Assembly: GCA_963666975.2 (NCBI GenBank)
Contig: CAXVYR010000002.1
Span: forward strand, 64,001-128,000
Source of the DNA: Terriglobia bacterium
GTDB taxonomy: Bacteria; Acidobacteriota; Terriglobia; 2-12-FULL-54-10
Length of the DNA: 64,000 nucleotides
Direction: 5' to 3'
In this document: in pieces, positions 48,737-58,874 of the stretch
How positions within the stretch are numbered: the first letter of the stretch is position 1
How the letters are laid out: every line of letters starts with the position of its first letter
Translations under genes and position numbers: made by a program
The notes under the pieces: model-generated
What the model was told of the DNA's origin: nothing
The model's database searches: none
What the model saw: the letters and a program-made list of their open reading frames with translations, nothing else

Positions 48737-48989
48737 GGCTGACCTCCCACAGTTGCCCCCCAAGGTTGACCTCGATGAAGGATACCCCAATTTGACCCAG
48801 AGTACCCTAGATATAAGGCGAATGAAACAGATTTTTTGTCTCCCGGAAGCAGCAAAAATACTGGAATCTCTGGAGAAAGTATTTCTACTCCCCCCTTTCC
48901 GGCATCAAATGTAGTTGCGAAAGCCGTCTGTGTGGCATCATACTAGCGAGTACCTGAGTGAACACCGACAGTGAACACAAGGAGGGGTC

Positions 48990-49940
48990 ATGGCGTACCT
49001 GAAGATTCCCAAAGGATGGGAGATTCCCGAGCGGGAGGCAACTCCCGAGGCGGCTTTTCTCAACCGGCGAAAATTCCTGGCGGCAATGGGAATCGGCGCG
49101 GTAAGGGCAACCGCAATTGGAGCAACAGGAATACTTCCCCGCCCCCTGGCGGCAGCCGACTCACTCTACCCGGCGAAAAGGAATCCCGCCTATAAGCTCG
49201 ACCGCCCCATCACCGATGAACTGGCCGCCACCCGCTACAACAACTTTTACGAGTTTTCGGAACAGAAAGAAGATGTTTGGAAGCTGGTAAATGCTTTCAA
49301 GCCGGAGCCCTGGACAATCGACGTGACCGGGCTGGTTCACAAGCCCCAGAAGCTGGACATAGACCAGATCCTTCGCCAGATACCTCTCGAAGAGCGGTTA
49401 TACCGCCATCGTTGCGTCGAGGCATGGTCGATGGCCGTGCCCTGGACCGGGTTTCCCTTTAAGGCTCTGATCGATTTGGTCGAACCGAAATCAGAGGCGA
49501 AGTATGTTCGCATGGTGACGTTTTTCCGGCCAGGCCAGGCCCCCGGACAAAGGATGCTGCGTCACTACCGGTGGCCCTACTATGAAGGGCTGACGATGGC
49601 GGAGGCCATGAACGAGCTGGCTTTCCTGGTCACCGGGATGTACGGCCATGCCGTTCCCAAGCAAAACGGCGCGCCGATTCGTTTGGCCTTGCCCTGGAAG
49701 TACGGTTTCAAGAGCATCAAGTCCATCGTCGCGATTGAATTTACTTCCAAAAAACCGCGCACTTTCTGGAATGACGCGGCCCCCCGCGAATACGCTTTTC
49801 AAGCCAACGTGAACCCTAAGGTGCCCCATCCCCGCTGGTCGCAGGCAACCGAGACGGTGATCGACACGGGCCAGGTCCGGCCTACGCTGATGTACAACGG
49901 CTATGGCCCCTTCGTAGCTTCCCTGTACGAAAAGACGTAA
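48990..49940 (+). CDS. msrP: protein-methionine-sulfoxide reductase catalytic subunit
   Basis: Tat signal NRRKFL, YNNFYEF, RHRCVEAWSM, QNGAPIRL..PWKYGFKSIKSI, HPRWSQA motifs. Confidence 0.95.
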   Translation: MAYLKIPKGWEIPEREATPEAAFLNRRKFLAAMGIGAVRATAIGATGILPRPLAAADSLYPAKRNPAYKLDRPITDELAATRYNNFYEFSEQKEDVWKLVNAFKPEPWTIDVTGLVHKPQKLDIDQILRQIPLEERLYRHRCVEAWSMAVPWTGFPFKALIDLVEPKSEAKYVRMVTFFRPGQAPGQRMLRHYRWPYYEGLTMAEAMNELAFLVTGMYGHAVPKQNGAPIRLALPWKYGFKSIKSIVAIEFTSKKPRTFWNDAAPREYAFQANVNPKVPHPRWSQATETVIDTGQVRPTLMYNGYGPFVASLYEKT

Positions 49941-49980
49941 CCGGGACTCGCGCAAAGCAGGCTGGAGAGAGGCTCTTTAA

Positions 49981-50421
49981 TCAGGTTTTTTGCGGCAGGT
50001 GAGATTGAATGAACCGGATGATGCCGTCGAGAGACGTGCCGGGTTGAAAGACCTCCGCCACTCCCAAGGCTTTCAGCGCACTAACATCTGCATCCGGGAT
50101 AATGCCGCCGACCACCACCATCACATCTTCCATCCGGCGCTCTTTCACCAGCTTCATCAGCTGCGGCACAATCGTGGTGTGCGCCCCGGACAAGATGGAC
50201 AGGCCAATCACGTCGGCATCCTCCTCCAGCGCCGCCTTTACAATCTGTTCGGGAGTTTGCCGCAAGCCGGTGTAGATGACCTCCATGCCGGCGTCCCGCA
50301 GCGCGCGGGCAATCACCTTAGCTCCGCGGTCGTGTCCATCGAGGCCGGGCTTGGCCACGATCACCCGAATCTTCCTTTCATCCTTTGTTTCCTTTTCTGG
50401 CTTTGTATTCAAGTTGGTCAT
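49981..50421 (-). CDS. stand-alone cobalamin-binding subunit of acyl-CoA mutase
   Basis: [24 protein letters not shown] motifs. Confidence 0.93.
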   Translation of the reverse strand: MTNLNTKPEKETKDERKIRVIVAKPGLDGHDRGAKVIARALRDAGMEVIYTGLRQTPEQIVKAALEEDADVIGLSILSGAHTTIVPQLMKLVKERRMEDVMVVVGGIIPDADVSALKALGVAEVFQPGTSLDGIIRFIQSHLPQKT

Positions 50422-50429
50422 ATTGCTAG

Positions 50430-52319
50430 TTAGAACGTCTGCTCCAAATCGATGCCCGCTTTTTCCAGGGTGACGCCCATGGCCCGGTCCATCTGCACCG
50501 CGGCTTTGGCATAGTTGGCGCGAGCCTCCACCGCAGCAAGCTGCGCGGCCAGCACGTCCCGCTGCACCTGAATTACATTGTAGGGAATGGAAACTCCCGC
50601 TTGCAGCTTTTTTTCTTCGGCATCCAGGGTTTGCTCCATGCGGTCCACGGCCTTGCGCGCCGCCGCCACTTGCGCTTTCGTCTGCATCAAGCCAATGACG
50701 GCGTTGCGCACTTCCAGGCCGATCTGGTTGCGGGTGCGTTGCAGGGCCGTCTCGGCCTGCCGCTGTTCGAGGCGGGCCCGCAGATCATCGGCTTGGGCGC
50801 TCCGATTCAACAAAGGAAAGCTCAGCGAGAAACCAACCGCGTACTCGGGAAAATCAATGCGGCCCACCTGATGGAGCACCGAGCCCAACCCTCCGGATGA
50901 TCCCGCAGTGGCGAAGCGGCCAAAGATATTCAGCGTGGGTTTCAGGCGGTTCCGGGTGAATTGGACCGCTGTTTCCTGGTTCAGAATGTTTCCTTCCGCT
51001 TGCTGGATTTCCGGCCGGTTGCGCATGGCGGCGCTCAACGCCTCCTCCAGTCCGGGAATGTTGGCGTCTTGCGGCTCCGGCAACGAGTCCGTTATTTCAA
51101 TCCGCGCACCCCGCAAAACCGGAACGGTCTGTTTGCTGAAGACGTTTTTCAGCGCCACTTCTCTCATCTGCAAATCTGTCTCGGCTACGATCCGGTCGCG
51201 CTCCCTGGCCGCCACCTCGGCCTCCGCCGTCAGGACATCCAGCGGAGCGAGCGTGCCGATCTCGGCCCTCTTCCTATTGTCCTCATACAACCGCTCGGCG
51301 ACGGTCAATGCCTGTTCGGCCGCGCGGAGCCTGTCGCGGGAAGCAACCAGATCCCAGTACAGGCTTTGCGCCTGCGCCACAGTGTCGATCACCTGCTGCC
51401 GGAACCATTCCCGGGCAATCCGCCGCCCGTTTTGCGCCACATTCAAAAAGCGGCGCGTGACGCCGAAACCGAATCCGTTCATCAACTGCTGGTTGACGGA
51501 AAGAGAAAAGCCGGAGACAAAAGACGGGTTGAACAACAGAAATTGCTGGGTAGAACTCTGCCGCTGCGTATTGAAGCTGACGCTAAAGCTGGTTCCGGTT
51601 GTGAAGCCCTGGGCGTAAAAGGCCTGCAGGGCCGTCGTGTTGGCCACAACGGTCGGAACGCCGGCAACCCGCAGAGTGTTCAGCGGGCTGGTGGTACGGT
51701 CCACGCTGAAGTTCAGGCCGGCTACCGGATCAAAGTTGCTGCGCGAGCCTATAAACACCTGCCGGGCACGGCCGCTGATGGCGCTTCCACCGCCGCCTCC
51801 TCCTCTACCGCCTCCTCCGCCGCCTCCCAGTCCGGCTCCGATAGCTCCCGCAAACAGCCCGCTGGGGACACGGGCTCCGGCCACGCCGCGAGGCGACTGA
51901 CCCGCCTTGGCGCGCAAGATATCAGTTTCCGCAAAAGAGTTGTTGTAGCGAGCGACAGCGAGATCGAGATTGTTCTCCACCACGGCGTCCAACAACTGGG
52001 CGAGCGACAGCTCCAATTTTCCGTCACGGATCCTCTCGATGACACTTGCTCCAGTTCTTAGATTCGGAGATGGAATCCGCTGCGGCACGTAAGGCTTGTA
52101 GAATTTCGGGAACCACTCCTGGTTCCTGCTGTAGTCTTGCTTTACCAGATGGGGCGCCAGATCGGGAGGCACCAGATCGGGAGGTAGAGGTTGAGCCGCC
52201 GCCGGCATGCCTGCCAGGAAAAGCGCCAGCACGAAGAACACGATCCCGGAACGAGCAACAGTGTGAGTCCGGTCTGGGCGAGCCTGGTCTGGTTTCCAAT
52301 GTCGGGACGGGGTAACCAT
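50430..52319 (-). CDS. TolC family outer-membrane protein
   Basis: [37 protein letters not shown] motifs; Gly-rich insert. Confidence 0.9.
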   Translation of the reverse strand: MVTPSRHWKPDQARPDRTHTVARSGIVFFVLALFLAGMPAAAQPLPPDLVPPDLAPHLVKQDYSRNQEWFPKFYKPYVPQRIPSPNLRTGASVIERIRDGKLELSLAQLLDAVVENNLDLAVARYNNSFAETDILRAKAGQSPRGVAGARVPSGLFAGAIGAGLGGGGGGGRGGGGGGSAISGRARQVFIGSRSNFDPVAGLNFSVDRTTSPLNTLRVAGVPTVVANTTALQAFYAQGFTTGTSFSVSFNTQRQSSTQQFLLFNPSFVSGFSLSVNQQLMNGFGFGVTRRFLNVAQNGRRIAREWFRQQVIDTVAQAQSLYWDLVASRDRLRAAEQALTVAERLYEDNRKRAEIGTLAPLDVLTAEAEVAARERDRIVAETDLQMREVALKNVFSKQTVPVLRGARIEITDSLPEPQDANIPGLEEALSAAMRNRPEIQQAEGNILNQETAVQFTRNRLKPTLNIFGRFATAGSSGGLGSVLHQVGRIDFPEYAVGFSLSFPLLNRSAQADDLRARLEQRQAETALQRTRNQIGLEVRNAVIGLMQTKAQVAAARKAVDRMEQTLDAEEKKLQAGVSIPYNVIQVQRDVLAAQLAAVEARANYAKAAVQMDRAMGVTLEKAGIDLEQTF

Positions 52320-52328
52320 TGCGGGTTC

Positions 52329-54230
52329 CTATTCGCCTCCCGGGGTAAATCCCCGAGCGCTGAATGGCGGGGTCGGCATGCGGGAGACGGTGCCGCTCAA
52401 TGCGTCGGAAAGCCGGATACCATTCCGGTCGAGCGTGGTGCCCATGGACCGGTCCATTTCCACCAGGGCTTTCGCATATCCAGCCACGGCGTTCACCTCC
52501 GCCAACTCGGCGGCAATCAGGTCGCGCTCCCGCAAGATCACCTGGTAGGAGGTCGTCACTCCCGCCTGCAATTTTTTCTGCTCGGCTTCCAGGGTCTGGC
52601 GGCCCAGGCGAACCACCTGGTGCGCCGCTTCCACCTGCGCCTTGCCTTGGATCAGCCCGATGATGGCCTGCTGCACCTCCAGGGAAACCTGGTTCCGGGA
52701 ACGCTGCAAACTGACCTCCAACTGGCTCCGCTCAAGTTGGGACCGGAGGCTGTCGGCCTGAGCGGCACGATTCTTGATCGGAACCGTCAGACTAAATCCT
52801 CCTGCGTATTCCGGAAACTCGCCGCGAATGGTTTGTCCCAGAGAACCGGGAGCGCCCGCCTTCACCCCTTCGGCGTTTCCCCGCAGACCGGCGCCGGAAT
52901 AGAGGCCAAACACGCTGGCTCTCGGCAGCAGACCGTTTGTCGTGAACTGCGTGCTGATGGCCTGGTTTTGGAGGTTTCCTTCCGCCTGCCGCAAATCGGG
53001 CCGGTTTGCCAAGGCGTTGGTCAGGGCATTTTGCAACTCCGGGATGTCGGCATCCCGCGGCTCCGGCATCTGATGGGTGATCACAATGCGCGCCGCATCC
53101 AGTTCCGGCTCCACCTTCTTGCTCAACAGATTCTTTAGCCGCGCCTCCTGCTGCTGGAGGTTCGTCCGGGCCACGATCAAATCGCGCTCCCGGGCGGCAA
53201 CCTCCGCCTCTGCGGCCACCACGTCCAGGGGCGCCAGCGTCCCGATCTCCGCCTGGATTTTGTTGTCCTCAAAAAGTCTCTGCGCCACGGTCAAGGACTG
53301 TTCGGCTACACGGACGTTTTCCTGGTGCGCCGCCATATCCCAGTACATGTTTTCCAGCTCGACGACTGTGCTGACGACTTGCTGGCGGAACACCTCTTCG
53401 GAAACCCGGCGGTTGTTTCGCGCGACCATCAGGAACCGCTCATTCGGCAGCCGTCCGAATCCGCTGAGCAAGGGCTGATTAAACCCCACCGCAAGGCGGG
53501 TAATCACGGCCGGATTGAAAAGCTGATTCAGCTGCGTAGTGCTTTGCCGCAGTCCGCTCAGAGTCACAAAGTAACTGGTGCCGGTAGGGAACAGTTGGGT
53601 ATAGCTGCCCGAAAACGCAGTGGCGTAGGTGGTGACATTGGGGATGCCGGACACCACCGTGGTGTTCAGAGGAGAAGTGACACGGTCCCAGCTAAAATTA
53701 AAGCTAACCGCAGGATCAAAGCTGCCCGTTGGACCGATCTGGACAGCGCCGCCTCCTCCGGTGATGCCGCCCGCTGAGCCCAATCCGCCCCCGCCGGATG
53801 CCTCGCTGATACCCGCTCCCAATGCGCCTATCGAGAGGCCGCCCGGAACGGATGCGCCCGGAACACCACGAGCCGCCTGGCCCGACCGGGCCCGCAGGAT
53901 ATCCGCCTGGGCCATCGGCACGATATAACGAGCCACCGCAATGTCCATGTTGTTTTCCAGCGCCAGAGCCAGAGCATCGGCCAGAGACAGCTCCAAATTC
54001 CCGTCGCGGATGAGGTCCGCAAGCCGCCGGGAATTCTCCAGGATCATGGGACTGATCCTCTGCTGCTGATAGGGCCGGTAGAAAGAAGGAAACCAGCTTG
54101 GCCCTGCCGTGTAATCCCTCTGAAATCCTTGCGGGTCCTGCGGAGCTTGACCGAAGAGCCGAGTCTCCGGCGCAAGCCCGTACAGGCAAAAAACAACGAG
54201 CAAGGCTAACCCGTAAGGCTGTACTTTCAT
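52329..54230 (-). CDS. TolC family outer-membrane protein (paralog of the adjacent gene)
   Basis: [40 protein letters not shown] motifs. Start may be 54257. Confidence 0.9.
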   Translation of the reverse strand: MKVQPYGLALLVVFCLYGLAPETRLFGQAPQDPQGFQRDYTAGPSWFPSFYRPYQQQRISPMILENSRRLADLIRDGNLELSLADALALALENNMDIAVARYIVPMAQADILRARSGQAARGVPGASVPGGLSIGALGAGISEASGGGGLGSAGGITGGGGAVQIGPTGSFDPAVSFNFSWDRVTSPLNTTVVSGIPNVTTYATAFSGSYTQLFPTGTSYFVTLSGLRQSTTQLNQLFNPAVITRLAVGFNQPLLSGFGRLPNERFLMVARNNRRVSEEVFRQQVVSTVVELENMYWDMAAHQENVRVAEQSLTVAQRLFEDNKIQAEIGTLAPLDVVAAEAEVAARERDLIVARTNLQQQEARLKNLLSKKVEPELDAARIVITHQMPEPRDADIPELQNALTNALANRPDLRQAEGNLQNQAISTQFTTNGLLPRASVFGLYSGAGLRGNAEGVKAGAPGSLGQTIRGEFPEYAGGFSLTVPIKNRAAQADSLRSQLERSQLEVSLQRSRNQVSLEVQQAIIGLIQGKAQVEAAHQVVRLGRQTLEAEQKKLQAGVTTSYQVILRERDLIAAELAEVNAVAGYAKALVEMDRSMGTTLDRNGIRLSDALSGTVSRMPTPPFSARGFTPGGE

Positions 54231-54537
54231 CTGGAACCTCCTGAAGTAGTTCTGCATGAAACGCTCATGAAATACTGATGATAAGAACCCGAATCAGGTT
54301 GCCGAAGTTTCGCCAGGAACAGCACTGATGAGCAGAACTTTGGTTTGCGTGCGGGTTTGTGTGCGCCTGCGGTCTTCAACTTTTGCAGGGTGACCCGATT
54401 CGGGGAAATCCTTGACCAATTACGCTCGGATTTGAAGGAAATCAAAACCAAATATAAATGTTAGCACCAAATGTTCGCACCAAGGGCGGGAATTTGGTAG
54501 TGGATCAGCTTCCGTTGGGCGCAGCGTCACACGATTT

Positions 54538-54795
54538 GTCAGGGCACGGTTTTAATCGTGCCGATCATATTGCATGAAATGATTTCTTCCTTACTGCCGT
54601 AGGCCCAAGCGGCCTGCCCCGAGCAGAGTCGAGGGGAGGCGCAGCCGGAGCGCCATTGGAACGTCGGCTTTAGAACAGGTAAGAGCATGAACATTTGATT
54701 CTTGTCGCTACGCTGCCGCTGCGCGACAGCCTTCGGCAGAGTGGTTCTAAAGATGACTGCCGCCCATTTCGGCACGGTTAAAACCGTGCCCTGAC
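54538..54795. repeat. 258-bp REPIN-like fold-back element
   Basis: 27-bp inverted arms GTCAGGGCACGGTTTTAA(T/C)CGTGCCGA (1 mismatch), each arm self-palindromic; a REP of another family is nested at 54612-54636. Confidence 0.85.
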
Positions 54796-54870
54796 GAATC
54801 TTCTCTGCATTGCTCCGCGACGAGCGTAAGCGGCGTTATAATAAGCACCGCCATCGCGGGTGTGCCCGCA

Positions 54871-54900
54871 ATCAGAGCCGCGACAGTAATGGAGCGGTTT
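54871..54900. repeat. REP-like element, same family as 42661
   Basis: ATCAGAGCCGCGACAGTAATGGAGCGGTTT. Confidence 0.75.
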
Positions 54901-54966
54901 CCTAACCACCGCCCGCCAAGGCGGTTTGGGCGGGTCGGCATAAACAGGCGTTAGGTGATATCCAAA

Positions 54967-55471
54967 ATGAAACATCGCCTCCTAATATTTCGGGATGCTT
55001 GGTGGCTTGCGTTTATTGTTATTGCCATCACCTCGGTCGCGATCTGACTGAGCAAATCGGACGAAAAAGGGGCGCTAATCGCTTCGGTTGTAACTCTTGG
55101 CCTTGGCTTCTGCTATTTTGCACAACGGCAGGCGTTGGACGAATTGCGGCTATTCAAGGAATTGTTTGTCGAATTTAATAGGCGATACAACGACTTGAAC
55201 GATGATTTGCTCGACATTCGTGAAGGCCAGATGAATGACGATCGCAAAAAGCTCAAAACTCTGGTCGCCTATTTCAATTTGTGCAATTTGCGCGGAAGAG
55301 TTCTTTTTCCACGAACACGGCCATATTCATAGAGATGTATGGCACCCTTGGTGCAAGGGCATGCTGTTTTTCATTGAGCACGAGAGCATCAGTCCGATAT
55401 GGGACCGTGAATCAATGCAGGGCTCATATTACGGCCTGACAATTCAAAAGATTCGCGACGGTGCGAGCTAA
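54967..55471 (+). pseudogene. low-GC two-TM membrane protein, inactivated
   Basis: AGGTG RBS and ATG at 54967; in-frame TGA at 55045; a ~7-nt duplication (AATTTG(T)GC) near 55280 shifts YFNLC into the AEEFFFH frame. Confidence 0.65.
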
Positions 55472-55692
55472 CCACCCACTGCACTGAACCGTAAGCGGGG
55501 GAGACATGGTGAGCGTTTTTTTTCCTCTCGACTCCGCGCGGGGCAAGCTCGCCGGGGGCTGTTGGTGAGAAAGTTATCGCACTGCCATTGGCTGCAATCC
55601 GAGCCGCGCTGAGCCTGCACTTTTCCAGCGAATCTCTCCCTGGCTTCACTTCCGCTCTGTGTTTTGCCGGAAGCCTCGTTTATACTGAGAGC

Positions 55693-55977
55693 ATGTTGCA
55701 GTATCACGTTGCCTTCTACCTGCCGCGAGGGGAAGAGCGGATGGTAGTCGCGGAGGTGCTGGACTTTCCGGGAGTTGTCAGTCAGGGGTTTGATCTGGCC
55801 GACGCGCACGCGATGATCGCGAGCGCCTTGGAGGAGATGGCAGAATCCTGTCTGGAGGAAGGACGCCCGCTGCCGACGCCTTCCGCAACCGCTGCCGATC
55901 CCGAGGCTGACTCTGTGGAATTGATTCCCCTCTCGGTCGCCGCTGGCACGATGCGGCCCGGTCCGACGCGGCCATGA
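55693..55977 (+). CDS. hicB: HicB family antitoxin (no C-terminal DNA-binding domain)
   Basis: AEVLDFPGVVSQG..LADA..MIASAL...GRPLPTP; ATGA overlap with hicA. Confidence 0.88.
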   Translation: MLQYHVAFYLPRGEERMVVAEVLDFPGVVSQGFDLADAHAMIASALEEMAESCLEEGRPLPTPSATAADPEADSVELIPLSVAAGTMRPGPTRP

Positions 55978-56162
55978 AACGCGGCGACTTGCTGCGTCAT
56001 CTGAAACGATGTGGCTGTCAGTTAAATCACGAGGGCAGCCGCCACTCCATCTACAAGAATCCCGCAAACAGCAACAAGACTTCCGTGCCCAGGCACATGG
56101 AAATTGACAACCGCCTGGCCAGGAAGATTTGCAAGCAGCTCGGAATTCGGCCAATTAGCTAG
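55974..56162 (+). CDS. hicA: HicA family mRNA interferase toxin
   Basis: MKRGDLLRHL..CGC....EGSRHSIY.NP.....VPRH.EI...LARKICKQLGI. Confidence 0.93.
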   Translation: MKRGDLLRHLKRCGCQLNHEGSRHSIYKNPANSNKTSVPRHMEIDNRLARKICKQLGIRPIS

Positions 56163-56309
56163 CCGCGGCGAGCGTCTTAATTGAATTGCCGGCGGCAGCC
56201 CTCGCCGTGGGCATTTCATCGGAGTTTACAAACCCACGGCAAATCGGAACTGCAAATTTGCCGTGGCTACCCCGCTCCAAATGAAGTGACCTTGTCTTGG
56301 CCAGGGAGC

Positions 56310-57602
56310 TCAGGGAGTAGCCTCGGGCGCTGTGCCGCTCGCGGCGATCTTCGTGCCGGATGGGGAGCCAGCCGCCATCAGGGCAAGGAACCGATCACGT
56401 GCCGCATGAAATGAATCCTGCTGCTCCGCGCTGATGCTCGACCGCCGTGGCACTTTGAGATTTTTGAAGTTCACGTACCTGCCATTTTTCCGCACGCGGA
56501 GATCCAGATGCGGACCGGTAGCGATCCCGGTTGCCCCGACCAAACCGATGCGCTGGCCTTGCTCCACTTTCTGGCCCTTCCGCACCAGCCTTCTGGAAAG
56601 GTGCAAATATTGAGTTTCGTACGCATTCGCATGTCTGATCGTAATCAGATTGCCGGAACCTCCCGAACGGCCTGAAAAGACCACGCGGCCAGCAGCCACA
56701 GTCCGGACGGGCGTGCCGGACGGCGCTGCGTAGTCGATTCCCAGGTGTGGCCGATAAACCTTCAGGACCGGATGATAGCGGCGGCGCGAGAACTGAGAAC
56801 TGATTCGCACGTCGAACGCGATGGGAGACCGCAGGAAAGAGGACTGGAGGGATTGGCCGTCACTAGAATAGTAGTAACCGGGCTCCCCATCCTCATCCTC
56901 GTCTGGGAACAAGTATGCGTCGTAGATCGAGCCTGCATTGTTGTATTGCGCCGCGAGCACGCGCCGATATGTCGCTGGCCCCCCGTTGGCATACTCTTTC
57001 TTCTCGACCAGCACGCAAAACGCATCCCCCTCGCGAGGGTCCCGGTAAAAATCCAGGTCCCACGCGAAAATTTCGGCAAATCGGACGACAAGCTCCGGGC
57101 GTTCGCCAATCCTCTCCATGCTTTCAAACAATGAACCTTGAATCGTGCCGCAAACGGCATCCGAACGAATCGTGCCTGGAACCTCGGCAACATGCGCCAC
57201 AAAGGCCCCGTTGGACTTTGCCACCTGAAGCTTGTTGTCCGGGTCGATGACATATTCGAGCGATTCCAGAATCCCTTCCCCGGAACGGATCAGCGCCAAT
57301 TGCGAACCAGCGCGCAGTTTCTTGAGATCAAATTCCTTCTCAACGGCGGCAATCAACTCCACGCTCGCTTCCTGATCAATGTCGGCGCGCTTGAGCAAGT
57401 CCGCAAGGGTATCGCCGCGCAGAATCGGGACGATCTGCTGGGTCAGCACCCGGATGGGAACACTGGCTGGAAGCTCGATTGGGACCTCGCGCAGATCGGG
57501 TTTCGAGGCGGGACGAGTGTGCCGCCAAGTCAAAAGCGTTGCAGAAAAGCAGATTGCAACAACCGCCAGAAAGCGAATCGCCGGTCGAATAGGCCGTTTC
57601 AC
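56310..57602 (-). CDS. M23 family murein DD-endopeptidase (MepM/Csd3-like)
   Basis: FAWDLDF, HLGIDYAA (HxxxD), YLHLS, ATGPHLD motifs. Confidence 0.92.
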   Translation of the reverse strand: MKRPIRPAIRFLAVVAICFSATLLTWRHTRPASKPDLREVPIELPASVPIRVLTQQIVPILRGDTLADLLKRADIDQEASVELIAAVEKEFDLKKLRAGSQLALIRSGEGILESLEYVIDPDNKLQVAKSNGAFVAHVAEVPGTIRSDAVCGTIQGSLFESMERIGERPELVVRFAEIFAWDLDFYRDPREGDAFCVLVEKKEYANGGPATYRRVLAAQYNNAGSIYDAYLFPDEDEDGEPGYYYSSDGQSLQSSFLRSPIAFDVRISSQFSRRRYHPVLKVYRPHLGIDYAAPSGTPVRTVAAGRVVFSGRSGGSGNLITIRHANAYETQYLHLSRRLVRKGQKVEQGQRIGLVGATGIATGPHLDLRVRKNGRYVNFKNLKVPRRSSISAEQQDSFHAARDRFLALMAAGSPSGTKIAASGTAPEATP

Positions 57603-57843
57603 CGTTGTATGAAAACATTTCCTATGAAATGGGTCAACGTGATTCTGCGGACAGTTCCATTTCGGTTGCCCTGGCCGGGGCTTTTTCCCAGGGGAAATTG
57701 GCGGGGATTCATCTGACGCGGAAGGCAGATCACATCAGCGTTGACGAGGCAATTCGCTGCATTTCCTGAGAAGTTGACATTCCAGAAACTTCCCGTCGCC
57801 AGCAATCTGACACACTACCCGGCTTCGTTCCGTTTCCGTTTTA

Positions 57844-58743
57844 TTACTTTCCCAGAACGTGCCGCAGGGCGGCTTCGAGTTCAGGATAGCGGAATACGAA
57901 GCCGGAAGACTGGAGACGGGCAGGCTGGACGCGAGCGCTGGCGAGCAGAAGGTCGTTCGCCATCTCGCCCAAGGCGAGGCGCGCCGCAAAAGCAGGCAAG
58001 GGAAATATCGTGGGGCGCGAAAGAACTTTCCCCAAGGTCTTGGTGAATTCCAGATTGGTGACCGGGTTGGGAGCCACGGCGTTGATCGCTCCACGGATCG
58101 TGTCGTTGGAAATCGCATGTTGAATGACGCCGAGAAGGTCGTCCATCGCAATCCAGCTCATGTATTGCCGCCCCGAGCCCACCTTGCCTCCCAGGCCCAT
58201 TCGGAAGGGCAGCAGCATTTTTCCCAGCGCCCCACCGCCGGAGCTGAGAACGACTCCGGTCCGCAGATGAACAACGCGGATTCCCCGCCGGACCATCGGC
58301 TCCGCAGCCGCCTCCCAATTCCGGCAGGTATCGGCCAGGAAGCCGGAACCCGGCGCGCTCTCCTCCTGCAGCACTTCCTCGCCCCGGTCACCGTAGTAGC
58401 CGATGGCGGAAGCACAAACAATGACCTTCGGGGGCTGCCGAAGAGGAGCGAGGTGCTCGGCAAGCACCGAGGTGCCCTTCACCCGGCTTGCCTGTATCCT
58501 GAGCTTTTTTTGTGTCGTCCATCTTCCTCCGGCGATGCTTTCCCCGGCCAGATGCACGACCGCATCCATCCCTTCCAGATCATTCATGGCCACAGTCCCG
58601 GCAGCCGGGTCCCAGTAAATCTCTGCGGCATCAGGACGGGGTTTAGAGCGCACGAGCCGGGTGACGGCGTGTCCGTTCGCAATGAGCAATGGAACCAGCG
58701 AGGAGCCGATCAATCCGGTTGATCCCGTCACTAAAATTTTCAC
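57844..58743 (-). CDS. TIGR01777/YfcH family NAD-dependent epimerase-like oxidoreductase
   Basis: TGSTGLIG, HLAGESIA..RW, ASAIGYYG, GRQYMSWI, LSRP motifs. Confidence 0.93.
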   Translation of the reverse strand: MKILVTGSTGLIGSSLVPLLIANGHAVTRLVRSKPRPDAAEIYWDPAAGTVAMNDLEGMDAVVHLAGESIAGGRWTTQKKLRIQASRVKGTSVLAEHLAPLRQPPKVIVCASAIGYYGDRGEEVLQEESAPGSGFLADTCRNWEAAAEPMVRRGIRVVHLRTGVVLSSGGGALGKMLLPFRMGLGGKVGSGRQYMSWIAMDDLLGVIQHAISNDTIRGAINAVAPNPVTNLEFTKTLGKVLSRPTIFPLPAFAARLALGEMANDLLLASARVQPARLQSSGFVFRYPELEAALRHVLGK

Positions 58744-58874
58744 AGATACCCCTCCGCACTAAGAACTGTAATTGCCGCCGGAAATGATGGTGCGGTAGCG
58801 ATAGTCTAACATTTTTCCGGTTTCCAGCCCCGTGCCGATGAGCCGCATGCGGAAGGAAGTGCCGCCCTTTGGGA

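Noticed and set aside
55045-55047. In-frame TGA as possible selenocysteine
   Set aside because: It lies after a hydrophobic helix with no Cys-type motif or SECIS, and the gene has a second lesion; likely a TGG-to-TGA nonsense change.
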